From the NCBI GenBank assembly GCA_029907105.1, contig JARYMM010000013.1, positions 3,433-67,432 on the forward strand: a stretch of DNA of 64,000 nucleotides. Reading direction: 5' to 3'. Both the position numbers and the translations under genes were made by a program. Shown piece by piece: positions 35,917 through 46,047 of this stretch. This stretch comes from Anaerolineae bacterium. GTDB taxonomy: Bacteria; Chloroflexota; Anaerolineae; UBA3071. Within the stretch, counting starts at the first letter, position 1; every line of letters begins with the position of its first letter. The notes under the pieces are model-generated. The model did no database searches. It saw only the letters and a program-made list of their open reading frames with translations, and was not told the DNA's origin.

Positions 35917-36761
35917 TGAACCGCTACCTGGTGCAACGGGCAGGCTTTGCCCTGCTGGCGCTGGCCGCTCTGGTCGTGGTCGTGCCTATCCTGCTGGTCA
36001 TCGGCACCATCGTCGTGCGGGGCATGAGGGCCATCAATTGGGAATTTCTGACCGCCATGCCCCGCGATGGCATGAAGGCCGGGGGCATCCTGCCGGCCAT
36101 CGTGGGCACGCTGCTGCTGAGTGTGGGCACGGCCCTGGTGGCCATCCCCGTGGGCGTGGGGGGGGCCATCTACCTGTCCGAATACGCCCGTGACACCTGG
36201 CTGACGCGGGCCATCCGGCTGGCCATCATCAACCTGGCCGGCATCCCCTCCGTGGTCTATGGGCTGTTCGGCCTGGGATTGTTCGTGCTCTTCCTGCACT
36301 TCGGCACCTCCATCGTGGCTGGCTCGCTGACCCTGGCCATCATGACCCTGCCCATCATCATCAGCACGGCCGAGGAAGCGCTGCGCAGTGTGCCGGTGGA
36401 GTTCCGCACCGTCAGCGCCAGCCTGGGCGGCACCCGCTGGCAGGGCATCCGCAACATCGTGCTGCCGCAGGCGCTGCCGGGCATCATCACCGGCGTCATC
36501 CTGGGGCTGCTGCGGGCGGCGGGGGAGACAGCGCCCATTCTCTTCACTGTGGCTGCCTTCTACCTGCCCCGCCTGCCCCGTTCCCCCCTCGATCAGACCA
36601 TGGCCCTGCCCTACCACCTGTACGTCATCAGCACCCAGGTGCCCGGCATGCCCGCGCAGGTCCAATACGGCACAGCTCTGGTGCTCTTGGCCCTGGTGCT
36701 TTCCATGAATGTCGTGGCCACAGTGATCCGCAGCACCTTCCGAAGGAGAAGGCAGTGGTAG
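35916..36761 (+). CDS. pstA: Phosphate ABC transporter permease PstA
   Basis: 281 aa. The start overlaps the pstC stop. STAEEALRSVPVEFRTVSASLGGT loop. Confidence 0.9.
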   Translation: MNRYLVQRAGFALLALAALVVVVPILLVIGTIVVRGMRAINWEFLTAMPRDGMKAGGILPAIVGTLLLSVGTALVAIPVGVGGAIYLSEYARDTWLTRAIRLAIINLAGIPSVVYGLFGLGLFVLFLHFGTSIVAGSLTLAIMTLPIIISTAEEALRSVPVEFRTVSASLGGTRWQGIRNIVLPQALPGIITGVILGLLRAAGETAPILFTVAAFYLPRLPRSPLDQTMALPYHLYVISTQVPGMPAQVQYGTALVLLALVLSMNVVATVIRSTFRRRRQW

Positions 36762-36837
36762 ACCAGCAGGTCAACGAGGCAATGAGGCCCTCGGGGCCTT
36801 GTTGCCTTAGTACCTCAGTGCCTCATGACAATTCGCT

Positions 36838-37596
36838 ATGGACGAGCCCAAAATCCGCATCGAGAACGTAAGCTACTTTTACGACGGCAAGCCCGCCCTG
36901 CGCCAGGTGACGCTGGACGTGCCCGCCCACGCCATCACTGTCATCTTCGGCCCCGCCGGCGGTGGCAAGACGACGCTGTTGCGCCTCATCAACCGCCTCA
37001 ACGACCTGGTGGAGGGCACGCGGATGTCGGGGCGCGTCCTGCTCGATGGGGAGGACATCTATGCTCCCGGCACCGACGTCGCTGCCCTGCGGCGGCGGGT
37101 GGGCATGGTCTTTGCCCTGCCTTTGCCGCTGCCCGGCACGGTGCGGGAAAATGTGCTCTACGGTCCCCGCCTGGCCGGGGTGCGCGGCCGAACGCAACTG
37201 GAGGAGATCCTGGTGCGCAGCCTGACCCAGGCCGCTCTCTGGGAGGAGGTGAAGGATCGTCTCGATGACCCGGCCAATGCCCTGTCGGGCGGCCAGCAGC
37301 AGCGGCTGTGCATCGCCCGCAGCCTGGCCCTGGAACCGGAGGTGCTTTTGTTGGACGAGCCCACCTCGGGCCTGGATCCCATCTCCACGGGCAAGGTGGA
37401 AGAGTCGCTTTTCCAGCTCAAGCAGCGCTACACCATCGTCATCGTCCCCCACAGCGTTCAGCAGGCGGCCCGCGTCGCCGACTATGCGGCCTTTTTCCTG
37501 AGGGGGGAGCTGATCGAGCAACGGGTTGGCCGTGAGATGTTCACCGCGCCTCGCGACCGGCGCGCCGAGGATTACATCACCGGCCGCTTCGGTTAA
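36838..37596 (+). CDS. pstB: Phosphate ABC transporter ATPase PstB, copy 1
   Basis: Walker [10 protein letters not shown], signature LSGGQQQRL, Walker [13 protein letters not shown], and the PstB-type C-terminus DYITGRFG. Confidence 0.92.
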   Translation: MDEPKIRIENVSYFYDGKPALRQVTLDVPAHAITVIFGPAGGGKTTLLRLINRLNDLVEGTRMSGRVLLDGEDIYAPGTDVAALRRRVGMVFALPLPLPGTVRENVLYGPRLAGVRGRTQLEEILVRSLTQAALWEEVKDRLDDPANALSGGQQQRLCIARSLALEPEVLLLDEPTSGLDPISTGKVEESLFQLKQRYTIVIVPHSVQQAARVADYAAFFLRGELIEQRVGREMFTAPRDRRAEDYITGRFG

Positions 37597-37600
37597 TCTT

Positions 37601-38353
37601 ATGGCTAAGATCATCGCTGAACGGCTCAACTTCTATTATGGTGACTTCCGCGCCCTGGCCGATATTTCCATGCATATCGAGGAGTATCAGATCACTGCTC
37701 TCATCGGGCCATCCGGTTGCGGCAAGTCCACTTTCCTGCGTTGCCTCGACCGCATGAACGACACCATTCCCGGCACACGCGTCGAGGGCAAGGTGTGGCT
37801 CGATGGGCAGGACATCTACGCTCCGGGCACCGATGTGGTGGACCTGCGGCGACGGGTGGGCATGGTTTTCCAACGCCCCAACCCCTTCCCGCAGACGGTT
37901 TTCGACAATGTGGCCTTTGGCCCCCGCGTGCTTGGCCTGCACAAAAAGGAGAATCTGGCCGACATCGTGGAGGCCAGCCTGCGCGGGGCGGCGCTGTGGG
38001 ATGAAGTCAAAGATAACCTCAAGCAGGATGCCCTGTCTCTTTCCCTGGGCCAGCAGCAACGCCTGTGCATCGCCCGGGCCATCGCCGTCAGGCCGGAAGT
38101 CATTCTGATGGACGAGCCCTGCTCGGCCCTGGACCCCATAGACACTCTGGAGATCGAGGAATTGATGCGCCGGCTCAAGGTGGACTACACCATCGTTATC
38201 GTCACCCACAACATGCAACAGGCTGCCCGTGTCTCCGATTGGACGGGGTTCTTCTGGCTGGGAAGGCTGGTCGAGTTTGCTGCCACGCAGGATATGTTCA
38301 CCAAACCGACCCATGAGCTCACCGAGAGCTACATCACAGGCCGCGCCGGATAA
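37601..38353 (+). CDS. pstB: Phosphate ABC transporter ATPase PstB, copy 2
   Basis: [38 protein letters not shown]. Start is the ATG at 37601, 4 nt after the copy 1 stop. Confidence 0.92.
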   Translation: MAKIIAERLNFYYGDFRALADISMHIEEYQITALIGPSGCGKSTFLRCLDRMNDTIPGTRVEGKVWLDGQDIYAPGTDVVDLRRRVGMVFQRPNPFPQTVFDNVAFGPRVLGLHKKENLADIVEASLRGAALWDEVKDNLKQDALSLSLGQQQRLCIARAIAVRPEVILMDEPCSALDPIDTLEIEELMRRLKVDYTIVIVTHNMQQAARVSDWTGFFWLGRLVEFAATQDMFTKPTHELTESYITGRAG

Positions 38354-38374
38354 GGCGGGAAAGGAGGGGAATTG

Positions 38375-39058
38375 ATGGTGCGCGAAACTTATATCCGGGA
38401 ATTGGAGCGATTACAGGGCGAGCTGCTGGCCATGGGCAGCATGGTGGAAAATGCCCTCGTCGAATCGGTACAGCTTCTGAAGCGACAGGATCTGGAGGGT
38501 GCACGGCGTCTGGTTGCCGGTGATTATCTCATCAATCAGAAACGCTTCGCTATCGAGGCTGACGTGCTGGTACTCATCGCCACCCAGCAACCCATGGCTG
38601 GCGACCTGCGCGTCCTGGCCGCCATCCTGGAGATTGTCACCGAGCTGGAGCGTATGGGGGACTATGCCAAGGGCATCGCCCGCATCGCCCTGATGATCGG
38701 TAAGCAGCCGCTCATCAAGCCATTGGTGGACCTCCCGCGTATGGCCGAGAAGGCGCGGGACATGCTTCACCAGTCGTTGGATGCCTTCATGCGCCGCGAC
38801 ATCGAACTGGCCCGCGCCATCCCTGCCCAGGACGAGGAAGTAGATGCCCTTTACAACCAGGTCTATCGGGAGCTGCTCACCTATATCATGGCCGATCCAC
38901 GCACCCTGGACCAGGCCACCCACCTGCTCTGGGTGGCCCACAACCTGGAGCGCACAGCCGACCGTGTGACCAACATCTGCGAGCGTGTGGTGTTCATGGT
39001 CACCGGCGAAATGGCCGAGATGGACACCGAAAATGCTGGCGTCGAAAGCATTGCCTGA
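38375..39058 (+). CDS. phoU: Phosphate signalling regulator PhoU
   Basis: Two PhoU repeats (E.D..V, RIGDYAKGIA / LERTADRVTNICE). AAGGAGG lies 7 nt upstream of the ATG at 38375. Confidence 0.9.
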   Translation: MVRETYIRELERLQGELLAMGSMVENALVESVQLLKRQDLEGARRLVAGDYLINQKRFAIEADVLVLIATQQPMAGDLRVLAAILEIVTELERMGDYAKGIARIALMIGKQPLIKPLVDLPRMAEKARDMLHQSLDAFMRRDIELARAIPAQDEEVDALYNQVYRELLTYIMADPRTLDQATHLLWVAHNLERTADRVTNICERVVFMVTGEMAEMDTENAGVESIA

Positions 39059-39093
39059 TGGTGCTTCTCCACCGCGTGATTGGCAAGCCCCAG

Positions 39094-39174
39094 CCATTTC
39101 GCATAGTCTATTTCACCCTTCCTGAAAGTTATGTCGAGTAATGGCCTGGCCCACATGATGACTATGCGAAATGG
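39094..39174. repeat. Small element bounded by a 15-bp perfect inverted repeat (ccatttcgcatagtc / gactatgcgaaatgg)
   Basis: Read directly. The tttcgcatagtc word recurs at ~13680, 13735 and 13795 (inverted). Confidence 0.7.
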
Positions 39175-39224
39175 CGGCCAGGCCGCAAAACAAAGGAAGG
39201 AGACCCATGCTCAGAAACTTGCCT

Positions 39225-39432
39225 GTCATTGCGAGCCCCGCAGGGGCGAAGCAATCTCCACGTAGCGACTTGGGGATTGCTTCGGCGGAAAACCGCCGCC
39301 TCGCAATGACAAGATGGGCAGTGTTTCTGTCCTTTAGAATGGCGGAGCCTGCCATGGCGGACTCGCAATGACACCAGGAAGTTTCTGTCCTTTAGAATGG
39401 CGGGCCGCGCCATGGCCAACTCGCAATGACAC
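39225..39432. repeat. cattgcgag / ctcgcaatgac hairpin-repeat family, ~60-nt period (three ctcgcaatgaca boxes)
   Basis: gtcattgcgagccccgcaggggcgaagcaatctcc... ctcgcaatgaca at 39300, 39362 and 39420. gtttctgtcctttagaatggcgg occurs twice. Confidence 0.75.
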
Positions 39433-39493
39433 AGGCCAGGCTGGCTCTCGCTCTCGCCACTAAAGTGAAACACACCCGGGCTGTCAACGCGAC

Positions 39494-39521
39494 TTGACAA
39501 GGCGACGATTCTCGATATAAT
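39494..39521 (+). promoter_or_regulatory. Sigma70-like promoter with an overlapping TGTCAA-N6-TTGACA inverted repeat, upstream of the sugar ABC operon
   Basis: TTGACA, 16 nt, TATAAT. It would give a ~240-nt leader before the ATG at 39767. Confidence 0.4.
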
Positions 39522-39766
39522 GTATAACGTGCTCTTTCTATCATAAAGCGCAACGCCTTTTTGTCCACACTGCTCCGCTCGCCTGCCAGATCATCCCTTG
39601 CCATAGCCTGATCCAAAACGCGTTGCGCCCTGAGCAGCTACGAAAGGGGGTGGGAATGGGTAGATTTTCGATTCTCTTCCGGCGTTCTACTACTAAGTAG
39701 TCTCCCTTCACCCTCCTCTAGTTGCAGGGAGACCATTGACCATTCGAGAGCAAAAGGAGGCAAAAC

Positions 39767-41134
39767 ATGAGTGGCAAAAAGGTTACCCGCCGACAGTTCC
39801 TGAAAGTAGCTGGCACGGCCGCCCTGGGTGGTGTGATCGCTGCCTGCGCACCGCCGCCCTCAGCACCCGCACCCGTGGCCCCAGCCGCAACACCGGTTCC
39901 CAAGAAGGTGAGCCTTTCCTTCTGGAACATGCCCTTCGTCACCCAGGAGGTCTCGCCCCAATATGTGAAGCAATGGGAGGAGGCCGTCAAAACAGCCCTG
40001 CCCAATGCCACGGTAGATACCTTCTACGGGCCGGGCAAGTACAAGGATCAGCGGGACAAGTTCCTCCTGCAGGCCAAAACCGGCGTCCCCGACGTTATCG
40101 AAGGGCTGTTGGAGGATACGGCTATATACGTCAAGGAAGCCCTGATTGAGCCCCTGGACGAGCGCTTCAACGCCTGGGCTGAGAAAGACCAGTTCGAGGA
40201 AGCCACGCTGGCCCCTCTCAGGATCAAGGGAAAACTCTGGGGGCTTCCTTACAACACGAACGCCCGCGGCCTCATCTACAGGAAGGACCTCTTCGAGCAG
40301 TACAACCTCAAGGTGCCCACCACCTGGACGGAGTTCGTGGAGGTCGGCCGCAAGATCACCGAACTGACCAACAAGGAGATCTTTGGCGTCTTTGTCTGCA
40401 CACTGGTCGGCGATCCACGGGCCGCTCAGGAGTTCATCTCCTGGTACTACCAGGTGAGCCACAAGCAACCCATGTTCGATGTCTCGGGCGAAGCCCCCAA
40501 GTTCATCGCCACGGTCGAACAGCTCGAGCAGGTGTTGGCCCTCTACGATGAGCTGTTCACGGGGGACTTCCCGGCCTGCGATCCGAACCAGCGTGGAACC
40601 GGCTGGCCGGTGGAAGATCCCGGCTATGTGGCCGGCAAGTGGGCCATGTGTCCGATGGGCACCTGGCTCTGGGGCCGCAGGGTGGAAAGCGATATCGCCA
40701 AGGACATCCTGGAGAACAAGTCGGCGGTCACCAAACTGCCTGTCGCCGAAGGCGGGGAGTTGGCTACCTATCTGGAAGTCAAGCCGATCATGTTGAACGC
40801 TTACTCCAAGAACATAGACCAGGCCTGGGAGTTGATGAAGTTCATCTGCTCCAAGGAACAGATGGGCCTGTGGTTGGCTGACTCCGGTGGCATTCCGGCG
40901 CGCAGGGACTCCCTGGAGATGGACGTCTTCAAGGGTGACATCGCCTGGTGGATCCAGAGCTTCGCCGCCCAGATTCCCCATTCGGTGGCCATGGAACCCA
41001 TAAACTGGGGCCCCGTCAGCGAGGCCAATCTGAGGGCGGTCAACTACGTCATCTATGACGAGAAGACGCCGCGCGAGGCCGCCGAATGGCTTGCCGACAC
41101 CATCAAGCAGCTAGAGGCCGACAAGGTGCTGTAA
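39767..41134 (+). CDS. Sugar ABC transporter substrate-binding protein (family 1) with a Tat-type signal
   Basis: RRQFLKVAGTAALGGVIAAC signal/lipobox and a typical SBP_bac_1 length (455 aa). aaaggagg SD. Confidence 0.85.
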   Translation: MSGKKVTRRQFLKVAGTAALGGVIAACAPPPSAPAPVAPAATPVPKKVSLSFWNMPFVTQEVSPQYVKQWEEAVKTALPNATVDTFYGPGKYKDQRDKFLLQAKTGVPDVIEGLLEDTAIYVKEALIEPLDERFNAWAEKDQFEEATLAPLRIKGKLWGLPYNTNARGLIYRKDLFEQYNLKVPTTWTEFVEVGRKITELTNKEIFGVFVCTLVGDPRAAQEFISWYYQVSHKQPMFDVSGEAPKFIATVEQLEQVLALYDELFTGDFPACDPNQRGTGWPVEDPGYVAGKWAMCPMGTWLWGRRVESDIAKDILENKSAVTKLPVAEGGELATYLEVKPIMLNAYSKNIDQAWELMKFICSKEQMGLWLADSGGIPARRDSLEMDVFKGDIAWWIQSFAAQIPHSVAMEPINWGPVSEANLRAVNYVIYDEKTPREAAEWLADTIKQLEADKVL

Positions 41135-41304
41135 TCGAGCCTCTTTCATGAGCGCCCCTGTTGCGAAGATGGGGCATGTGTCAACGCCCCATCTTCGCAA
41201 CAGCATCGTACAGGGCCTATCCGAGAACCTGCTGAGGGCAAAAGCCCCAATATAGCCGAGAGTTTCCGGATAGGCTTTTGTATAGCAGGCTACAGGGTCT
41301 GAAG

Positions 41305-42231
41305 ATGAAGGAAACGGCCATACCCTGGAGAATGTGGCGAGTTCGGCCACGGTTCACGTGGAAGGAGAAGCATAGCGGATACCTGATGCTGGTTCCTGCC
41401 CTGGCCATCATTGTGCTGTTTACGGTTTACCCCCTTATGGATGGCCTGCGCATGGGCTTCACCAACAGAAACCTGCTCCTGCCTTCCTTCGAATATGTGG
41501 GGCTGGATAATTTCGCCCGCTTACCCTCCGATGAGGTCTTTCGGCTATCTCTGTCTCACTCCATCATCCTGACTGTCACGGTTGTCGTGCTTCAGCTCAT
41601 CCTGGGATTGATTCTGGCCTGGGCCATGCAGCAGAGGCTCCCCGGCATGGCCTTCTTCAAGAGCATCATCATGGCCAGTTGGGTGATTCCGGTGGCGGCC
41701 ACCGTATATATGTTCAGGTTCATGGCCCAGCCTGACGTGGGCCTGATCAATATCATCCTCAGGCTGATCGGCTTGAAGGACCTGGCCAGGTACTGGTTCG
41801 GCGACCCCCTTGTCGCCCTCCCCTTCATCATACTCCTTCACCTGTGGAGGAATGTCCCCTTCTACGGAGTGGCTTTTCTGGCCGCCATGCAGGCCATACC
41901 CAAGAGCTACTACGAAGCAGCCGAAATTGACGGTGCCAGCGGCTGGGGCAAGTTCAGACACATAACCCTCCCTGGCATCCGCGATATGATCATTGTGATG
42001 GTGACCATACACGTGCTCTGGACGTTTAACAACTTCGATTTCATCTATCTGGCCACCGGCGGCGGGCCAGTGAACCGCACGGACGTGCTCCCCGTGTACG
42101 TGTATCGCCTGTCCTGGGAGAGCTATCGGCTCGGCTACGCGGCCAGCATCGGCACCGTGATGGTCATCATACTGCTGATATACTTCGTCGTCTATCTGAG
42201 GATCCATGAAAGGCCAGGAGCGGCACGATGA
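41305..42231 (+). CDS. Carbohydrate ABC transporter permease (MalF-like)
   Basis: 6 TM segments, with the EAA motif YYEAAEIDGASGWGKFRHITLPGI. Start uncertain (ATG at 41305 or TTG at 41278). Confidence 0.85.
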   Translation: MKETAIPWRMWRVRPRFTWKEKHSGYLMLVPALAIIVLFTVYPLMDGLRMGFTNRNLLLPSFEYVGLDNFARLPSDEVFRLSLSHSIILTVTVVVLQLILGLILAWAMQQRLPGMAFFKSIIMASWVIPVAATVYMFRFMAQPDVGLINIILRLIGLKDLARYWFGDPLVALPFIILLHLWRNVPFYGVAFLAAMQAIPKSYYEAAEIDGASGWGKFRHITLPGIRDMIIVMVTIHVLWTFNNFDFIYLATGGGPVNRTDVLPVYVYRLSWESYRLGYAASIGTVMVIILLIYFVVYLRIHERPGAAR

Positions 42232-43070
42232 GCACCACATCCGGCAGGATCAGAACGGCCATACTGGCCTATCTGATAGTTATTGTCTCCCTGATCTTCT
42301 TTATTCTGCCCATGCTGTGGATTTTCTACACATCCTTCCGCACGCAGGCCTCGATCTTTACCGGCGACGTGATCTCTCCCCTGAAAGACTATACCCTGGA
42401 GAACTTTGCCACGATCCTTTTAGTGACAGATTTCCCTACCTATTTTCGCAATTCCCTGGAGATAGCCCTTGTTGTCACAATGCTTTCGCTCTTCTGTTCC
42501 ATCATCGCCGCTTATGGCCTGAGCCGGTTTGACATCAAAGGGAAGAACGCCTTGATCGTGGGCATATTTTCCACGCAGATGTTCCCCCAGGTCCTGCTCA
42601 TCATTCCCATGTTCCTGGTCCTCTTTTCTCTGGGCCTTATTGATAAGGTGATCGGCGTTGTCCTGGGCCAGATGATTCTGGTGCTGCCCTTTCAGGTCTG
42701 GATGTTAAAAGGCTATTTCGATAATCTCCCCATCGAACTCGATGAGGCTGCCAGAATAGATGGCTGCAGCATCGCTCGGCGTCTGATCTCCGTGGTCTTG
42801 CCTGTGGCTCTGCCCGGCATCATGGTGGCGGCCTTCTTTTCCTTCGTTGTCTCCTGGGGAGATTACCTGATCGTTTCCATCATCTGCCAGAGCCAGAGGA
42901 CGGCTACACTCACCCTGGTTGTGCAAAGGCTCGGCTCCTCGCTTCTCATTCGCTGGGGCCAGGTGGCCGCTGCCTGTGTCTTGACGATTGTCCCCACCAT
43001 CATCCTCTTCTCTTTTGTCCAGAACCGGTTAGTTGAAGGCTTGACGGCCGGTGCGATCCGAGAAGAATAG
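42228..43070 (+). CDS. Carbohydrate ABC transporter permease (MalG-like)
   Basis: LDEAARIDGCSIARRLISVVLPVALPG EAA motif. The start overlaps the previous stop. Confidence 0.85.
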   Translation: MSTTSGRIRTAILAYLIVIVSLIFFILPMLWIFYTSFRTQASIFTGDVISPLKDYTLENFATILLVTDFPTYFRNSLEIALVVTMLSLFCSIIAAYGLSRFDIKGKNALIVGIFSTQMFPQVLLIIPMFLVLFSLGLIDKVIGVVLGQMILVLPFQVWMLKGYFDNLPIELDEAARIDGCSIARRLISVVLPVALPGIMVAAFFSFVVSWGDYLIVSIICQSQRTATLTLVVQRLGSSLLIRWGQVAAACVLTIVPTIILFSFVQNRLVEGLTAGAIREE

Positions 43071-43078
43071 AGCCCCTC

Positions 43079-44587
43079 ATGTCCACACGCATCAAAATTG
43101 ACCCCGACCGCCGGCTGGGCCGCATCAGCCCGCTGATCTACGGCCAGTTCATCGAGCACCTGGGACGATGCATCTACGGCGGCATCTACGAGGCCCGCCC
43201 TGAGCCCGTCGAAGGGGAAGGCTCGCCGCTGAGCGATGCCCGCGGCTTCCGATTGGACGTGTTGGCAGCCGCCCAAAAGCTGCGACCGCCCGTGCTGCGC
43301 TGGCCGGGCGGCAACTTCGTCTCTGGCTACCACTGGGAGGACGGTATAGGGCCCAAGGAGCAGCGGCCACGGCGTCTGGAACTGGCCTGGCACGCCGAGG
43401 AGTCCAACCACTTCGGCACCGATGAGTTCATCGCCTACTGCCGCGAGCTGGGGGCGGAGCCCTACATCTGCATCAACCTGGGCACAGGCACCCTGGACGA
43501 GGCGCGTAACTGGGTGGAATACTGCAATGGCACGGGGAACACCCACTATGCCAACCTGCGCCGGCAGAACGGCCACCCGGAGCCATACGGCGTCAAGTAC
43601 TGGGGGCTGGGCAACGAGATGTACGGGCCCTGGCAGATGGGGCACAAACCGGCTGAAGAATATGCTCGCTACGCCTTGGAAGCGGCCAAGCTAATGAAGT
43701 GGGTTGATCCATCCATCCAACTCATCAGTTGTGGCCTGGACGGCCTCAGCGAGTGGGATCGCATCGTGTTGGAGGTGCTGGCCCCTGTGGTGGATTTCCA
43801 TTCCATCCACCTCTATACGGGCAGCAGCGACTACTACAGCAACGTCTTTCAGCCGCACCACGCCGGCCGCATGATCGAGGCGGCGCAGGCGCTCATTGAC
43901 ACCATCCGCTTTCAACAGGGGATCAAGCGCCCCATCCGCATCGCCTTCGACGAGTGGAACGTCTGGTTCCGCGAGAAAGCCGAAGAGGGACGGCTTGAGG
44001 AGCGCTACACCCTGGCCGATGCGCTGGCCGTCGCTGCCTACCTGAACGAGTTCCAGCGTCACCCCAGGGCGATGGGCATGGCCAACCTGGCCCAGATGGT
44101 CAACGTGATCGCGCCCATCTTCACCCGGCCGGACGGCCTCTTCCGCCAGACCATCTACTACCCGCTGCTGTTGTATGCGACCTGCAGCCAGCCCATCGCC
44201 CTGGACGTCTGGGTGGCCTGTGAGAGCTATACCTTCCCTGAAGCTCCGCAAGACCGGCGGCTGCGCGGGCTGGGACCATTTCCCTATCTGGACGTATCCG
44301 CCACCCTGTCCGAGGCCGGGGACGCGCTGACGTTGGCGGTGATAAACCGGCATCGGGAGGCGGCGCTGACCACGGAGATTGACCTGGGCGGGTGGCAGCC
44401 AGCCAACCCGGCGAGGGCCTACACGGTCACCGCCGACGATGTGGATGCCGCCAACGATTTCGCTCACGAGGCTGTGGGGGTAGTGGAGAGCCAGGTGACT
44501 GTGGCTGCGCAGTTCACCTACCAGTTTCCCGCCCACTCGCTGACGGTGATGACATTGAAAAGACAACAGGACAGCGAGAGACAATGA
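43079..44587 (+). CDS. abfA: Alpha-L-arabinofuranosidase, GH51
   Basis: SPLIYGQFIEHLGRCIYGGIYE, LRWPGGNFVSGYHWEDGIGP, YWGLGNEMYGPWQMGH (acid/base Glu), FDEWNVW (nucleophile Glu). Confidence 0.85.
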   Translation: MSTRIKIDPDRRLGRISPLIYGQFIEHLGRCIYGGIYEARPEPVEGEGSPLSDARGFRLDVLAAAQKLRPPVLRWPGGNFVSGYHWEDGIGPKEQRPRRLELAWHAEESNHFGTDEFIAYCRELGAEPYICINLGTGTLDEARNWVEYCNGTGNTHYANLRRQNGHPEPYGVKYWGLGNEMYGPWQMGHKPAEEYARYALEAAKLMKWVDPSIQLISCGLDGLSEWDRIVLEVLAPVVDFHSIHLYTGSSDYYSNVFQPHHAGRMIEAAQALIDTIRFQQGIKRPIRIAFDEWNVWFREKAEEGRLEERYTLADALAVAAYLNEFQRHPRAMGMANLAQMVNVIAPIFTRPDGLFRQTIYYPLLLYATCSQPIALDVWVACESYTFPEAPQDRRLRGLGPFPYLDVSATLSEAGDALTLAVINRHREAALTTEIDLGGWQPANPARAYTVTADDVDAANDFAHEAVGVVESQVTVAAQFTYQFPAHSLTVMTLKRQQDSERQ

Positions 44588-44772
44588 CTCGCGCCCAGCA
44601 GGAAGCTGAGCGCCTATTGGCAGAACAGTAGATCTTTAGTTTCCGCTAACTTGTTTTGCCACTACATGTAGTAGCTTTGTTGATTCAGGCTACCGCATGT
44701 AGTAGGTCATCGGAGCGCAAAATGGCCCAAAATGGCTCAAAACCCCAACTTAGCGGAAAGTAGAGTAGATCA

Positions 44773-45948
44773 ATGCTGGAAGAAAAGCTGGCCGGCCTGA
44801 AACCGATGACAGAAGGCATATCGCCCATCACCATCGAGGAGCGACAGGGCCGTATGGAGAAGGCCCGCGCCTTGATGGCCCAGAAGGGCATCGCCGCCGT
44901 ATTCCTTGAGCCTGGCTCAGGTCTGTTCTATTTCACGGGAGTCAAATGGGAACGCAGCGAACGGATGATGGCTGCTGTCATCCCGGCCAGGGGCGAGATT
45001 GCCTACGTGTGTCCTGCCTTCGAGGAGGCAAGGCTGCGGGAGATGCTCCTCTTCGGCGACGACGTGCGCGTGTGGGAGGAAGACGAAAGCCCCTACAAGC
45101 TGGTGGCGGGGATATTCCGTGACCGGGGGATCGCCACAGGGAGGATAGGGATCGAGGAGAGCGTGCGCTTCTTCCTGTTCGATGGCATCCGCAAGGAAGC
45201 CCCGCACCTGGAGTTCGTCAGCGCCGACCCGGTGACGATCCCCTGTCGCGCCATCAAGTCCCCGGCAGAGATTGCCCTGATGCAACGGGCGATGGATATC
45301 ACCGTCGAAGCGTACAAGGTGTGCCTGTCCCTGCTCAGGGAGGGGATGTCGCAGGAGGAGTTTCGCGCCAACAGCCTGGCAGTGTATCGTGCGTTGGGGG
45401 TGGAAGGCAGCATAGGCTGTCAGTTCGGCAAGGGCACGGCCTTTCCCCATGGCAGCAAGGAACCTGCGCGTCTCAAGGAAGGGGACGTGGTGCTGATGGA
45501 CGGTTGGTGTACAGTCGAGGGTTACTACTCCGACATCAGCCGCACGATCGTGTTTGGGGAGCCTACGCCACGGCAGCGGCAAATCTGGAACCTGGAGAAG
45601 GAGGCCCAGGCGGCGGCCTTTGCGGCGGCCCAGGTGGGTGTTCCGTGCGAAGAGGTGGATGCGGCAGCGCGCAAAGTGCTCACCGATGCCGGCTTTGGCC
45701 CGGGCTATAGGGTGCCGGGGCTGCCCCATCGGACGGGTCACGGCATCGGCCTGGACATCCACGAGTGGTATCATCTGGTGCGCGGCAACAAAGTGCCCCT
45801 GGCGCCGGGCATGTGTTTCAGCAACGAGCCGATGATTGTCATCCCTGGCGAGTTTGGTGTACGGCTGGAGGACTGCATGGTCATCACGGAGGATGGTCCC
45901 AGGTTCTTCACCCAGCCCAGCCCATCCATCGAGCAGCCTTTCGCCTGA
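44773..45948 (+). CDS. M24-family Xaa-Pro dipeptidase / aminopeptidase P-like
   Basis: Creatinase-like N-domain and pita-bread domain with DGWCTVEGYYSDISRT, HRTGHGIGLDIHE, FSNEPMI, VRLEDCMVITEDG metal ligands. Confidence 0.85.
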   Translation: MLEEKLAGLKPMTEGISPITIEERQGRMEKARALMAQKGIAAVFLEPGSGLFYFTGVKWERSERMMAAVIPARGEIAYVCPAFEEARLREMLLFGDDVRVWEEDESPYKLVAGIFRDRGIATGRIGIEESVRFFLFDGIRKEAPHLEFVSADPVTIPCRAIKSPAEIALMQRAMDITVEAYKVCLSLLREGMSQEEFRANSLAVYRALGVEGSIGCQFGKGTAFPHGSKEPARLKEGDVVLMDGWCTVEGYYSDISRTIVFGEPTPRQRQIWNLEKEAQAAAFAAAQVGVPCEEVDAAARKVLTDAGFGPGYRVPGLPHRTGHGIGLDIHEWYHLVRGNKVPLAPGMCFSNEPMIVIPGEFGVRLEDCMVITEDGPRFFTQPSPSIEQPFA

Positions 45949-46047
45949 ACTGCCAGACCGAACCGCAGGGCACACCGAGAGCACTGAAGAATAAGAGAAG
46001 CTCTGCGAGCTCGGCGTTCTCAGCGGTAAAACGCTTCAGAGGATGCG

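Noticed and set aside
36762-36837. Imperfect hairpin (gaggcaatgaggccc..ggggccttgttgcctt) between pstA and pstB as an intra-operon attenuator.
   Set aside because: The stem has internal mismatches and no U-tract. It is plausible but not distinguishable from chance GC-rich pairing.
39392-39616. 74-codon minus-strand ORF (MDQAMARDDLAGERSSVDKKALRFMIERARYTLY...).
   Set aside because: No recognisable family and no convincing SD. Its 3' half is repeat-derived, and it overlaps a plus-strand promoter and leader. Kept only as a note.
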